Positions 23,363-24,000 of a stretch of DNA of 24,000 nucleotides are shown here, in pieces. The stretch comes from Promethearchaeota archaeon Loki_b32 (GTDB lineage Archaea; Asgardarchaeota; Lokiarchaeia; Sigyniarchaeales; SOKP01), in the NCBI GenBank assembly GCA_005223125.1, contig NJBH01000011.1, forward strand, positions 77,055 through 101,054. Direction: 5' to 3'. Each line of letters starts with the position of its first letter. Position 1 is the first letter of the stretch. Position numbers and translations under genes: made by a program. The notes under the pieces are model-generated. The model worked only from the letters and a program-made list of their open reading frames with translations, searched no databases and was not told the origin of the DNA.

Positions 23363-24000
23363 TTAAGCTTTCTTTTCCCTTAAAGCTCTTATCATTGGTA
23401 AATCTTTTCCAGATAGAATTTCCAACATTGCACCACCTGCAGTTGAAATAAAGGAAACCTCATCTGCTTTTCCTGCCATTGAAGCTGCAGCTCCCATTTC
23501 ACCGCCACCTATTATTGTAAGTGCCTTATTTTTCTTGGTAGCGTTTACCATTGTGTTTACAATTTCATTTGTTGCTTTTCTAAAAACCTCCTTCTCAAAA
23601 ATTCCAGGTGGACCATTAGCAATAATGGTTTTACATTTCATCAGAACCTCGTTAAATTTATCTATAGTTTTTTCACCAATATCTCCAGTCGTTGTATTAT
23701 AAGTACCAGCTTCATCGATTCCAATGGTTTTTCTATTACCATTATCATCAATAATCAAATCTTCTGGGAGAATGATCTTATCTTTATATTTCTCATAAGT
23801 ACCTATTATCATATCTTTATTTACTTCTAAATCTTCAGCTATTATTTTATGATTTGGTTCTCCCATGTTTTTTCCTAGTGCTTCAAAGATTAAAATTGCT
23901 GTTAATCCTGAGCACAAAGCATAATCTAATTTTTCATTATCAAAATTAAATCTCATAGCTTTAAATTTATCTATTGCTTTTGCTCCTCCAATTAACATTG
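23363..24000 (-). CDS. pgk: phosphoglycerate kinase, C-terminal part (gene continues beyond the window end)
   Basis: The C-terminal domain motifs ANGPPGIFEKEVFRKATNEI, IIGGGEMGAA and FISTAGGAMLEILSGKDLPMIRAL match the PGK signature (WNGPxGVFE ... GGGD ... STGGGAxLE.L.GK.LP). The frame is open to the window edge. Confidence 0.85.
   Translation of the reverse strand, partial: MLIGGAKAIDKFKAMRFNFDNEKLDYALCSGLTAILIFEALGKNMGEPNHKIIAEDLEVNKDMIIGTYEKYKDKIILPEDLIIDDNGNRKTIGIDEAGTYNTTTGDIGEKTIDKFNEVLMKCKTIIANGPPGIFEKEVFRKATNEIVNTMVNATKKNKALTIIGGGEMGAAASMAGKADEVSFISTAGGAMLEILSGKDLPMIRALREKKA

Noticed and set aside
1-24000. CRISPR arrays, rRNA genes, C/D-box sRNAs
   Set aside because: I found no regularly spaced repeats, no rRNA-like GC-rich blocks and no convincing RUGAUGA...CUGA box pairs in the intergenic regions I scanned. 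The only GC-rich islands are the two tRNAs and the conserved cores of vps4 and other housekeeping genes.

Overview
This is an AT-rich (roughly 30% GC by eye), gene-dense archaeal chromosome segment with genes on both strands. TATA-like boxes sit about 25-35 nt upstream of many start codons. There is no rRNA, CRISPR array, transposase or integrase. The main content is a eukaryote-type ESCRT locus. It has an EAP30 (Vps22/36-like) gene, a Vps25-like gene, a Vps4 AAA ATPase with an MIT domain, and a Vps2/24/46-type ESCRT-III (Snf7) gene, followed by a Rab/Ras-like small GTPase. Nearby are a leucine-rich-repeat protein and a 7TM protein with a possible longin/roadblock-like cytoplasmic domain. This combination is the signature of Asgard (Lokiarchaeia-like) archaea. 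The vps4 and ESCRT-III genes are separated by a ~4.1 kb cassette bounded by 78-bp direct repeats (71/78 identical by hand alignment). The cassette carries the LRR gene and a CxxxCxxC radical-SAM-like gene paired with a TcmP-like partner gene of unknown function. The repeats duplicate the presumptive vps4 core promoter, so the cassette looks like an insertion into an ancestral divergent vps4/ESCRT-III intergenic region. Housekeeping genes include an NDP-sugar pyrophosphorylase, a CYTH protein, a NOL1/NOP2/Sun RNA m5C methyltransferase, a NIP7-like PUA protein, a PfkB kinase, an MBL-fold hydrolase, a partial PGK and a partial MFS transporter. There are two tRNAs: tRNA-Gly(GCC), and tRNA-Val(GAC) with a ~30 nt insertion in the D-loop. 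A small accessory patch at 19.8-21.5 kb holds a zinc-finger ORF, a truncated methyltransferase remnant and a toxin-antitoxin-like nucleotidyltransferase pair. All functional calls come from reading motifs by eye; no searches were run.
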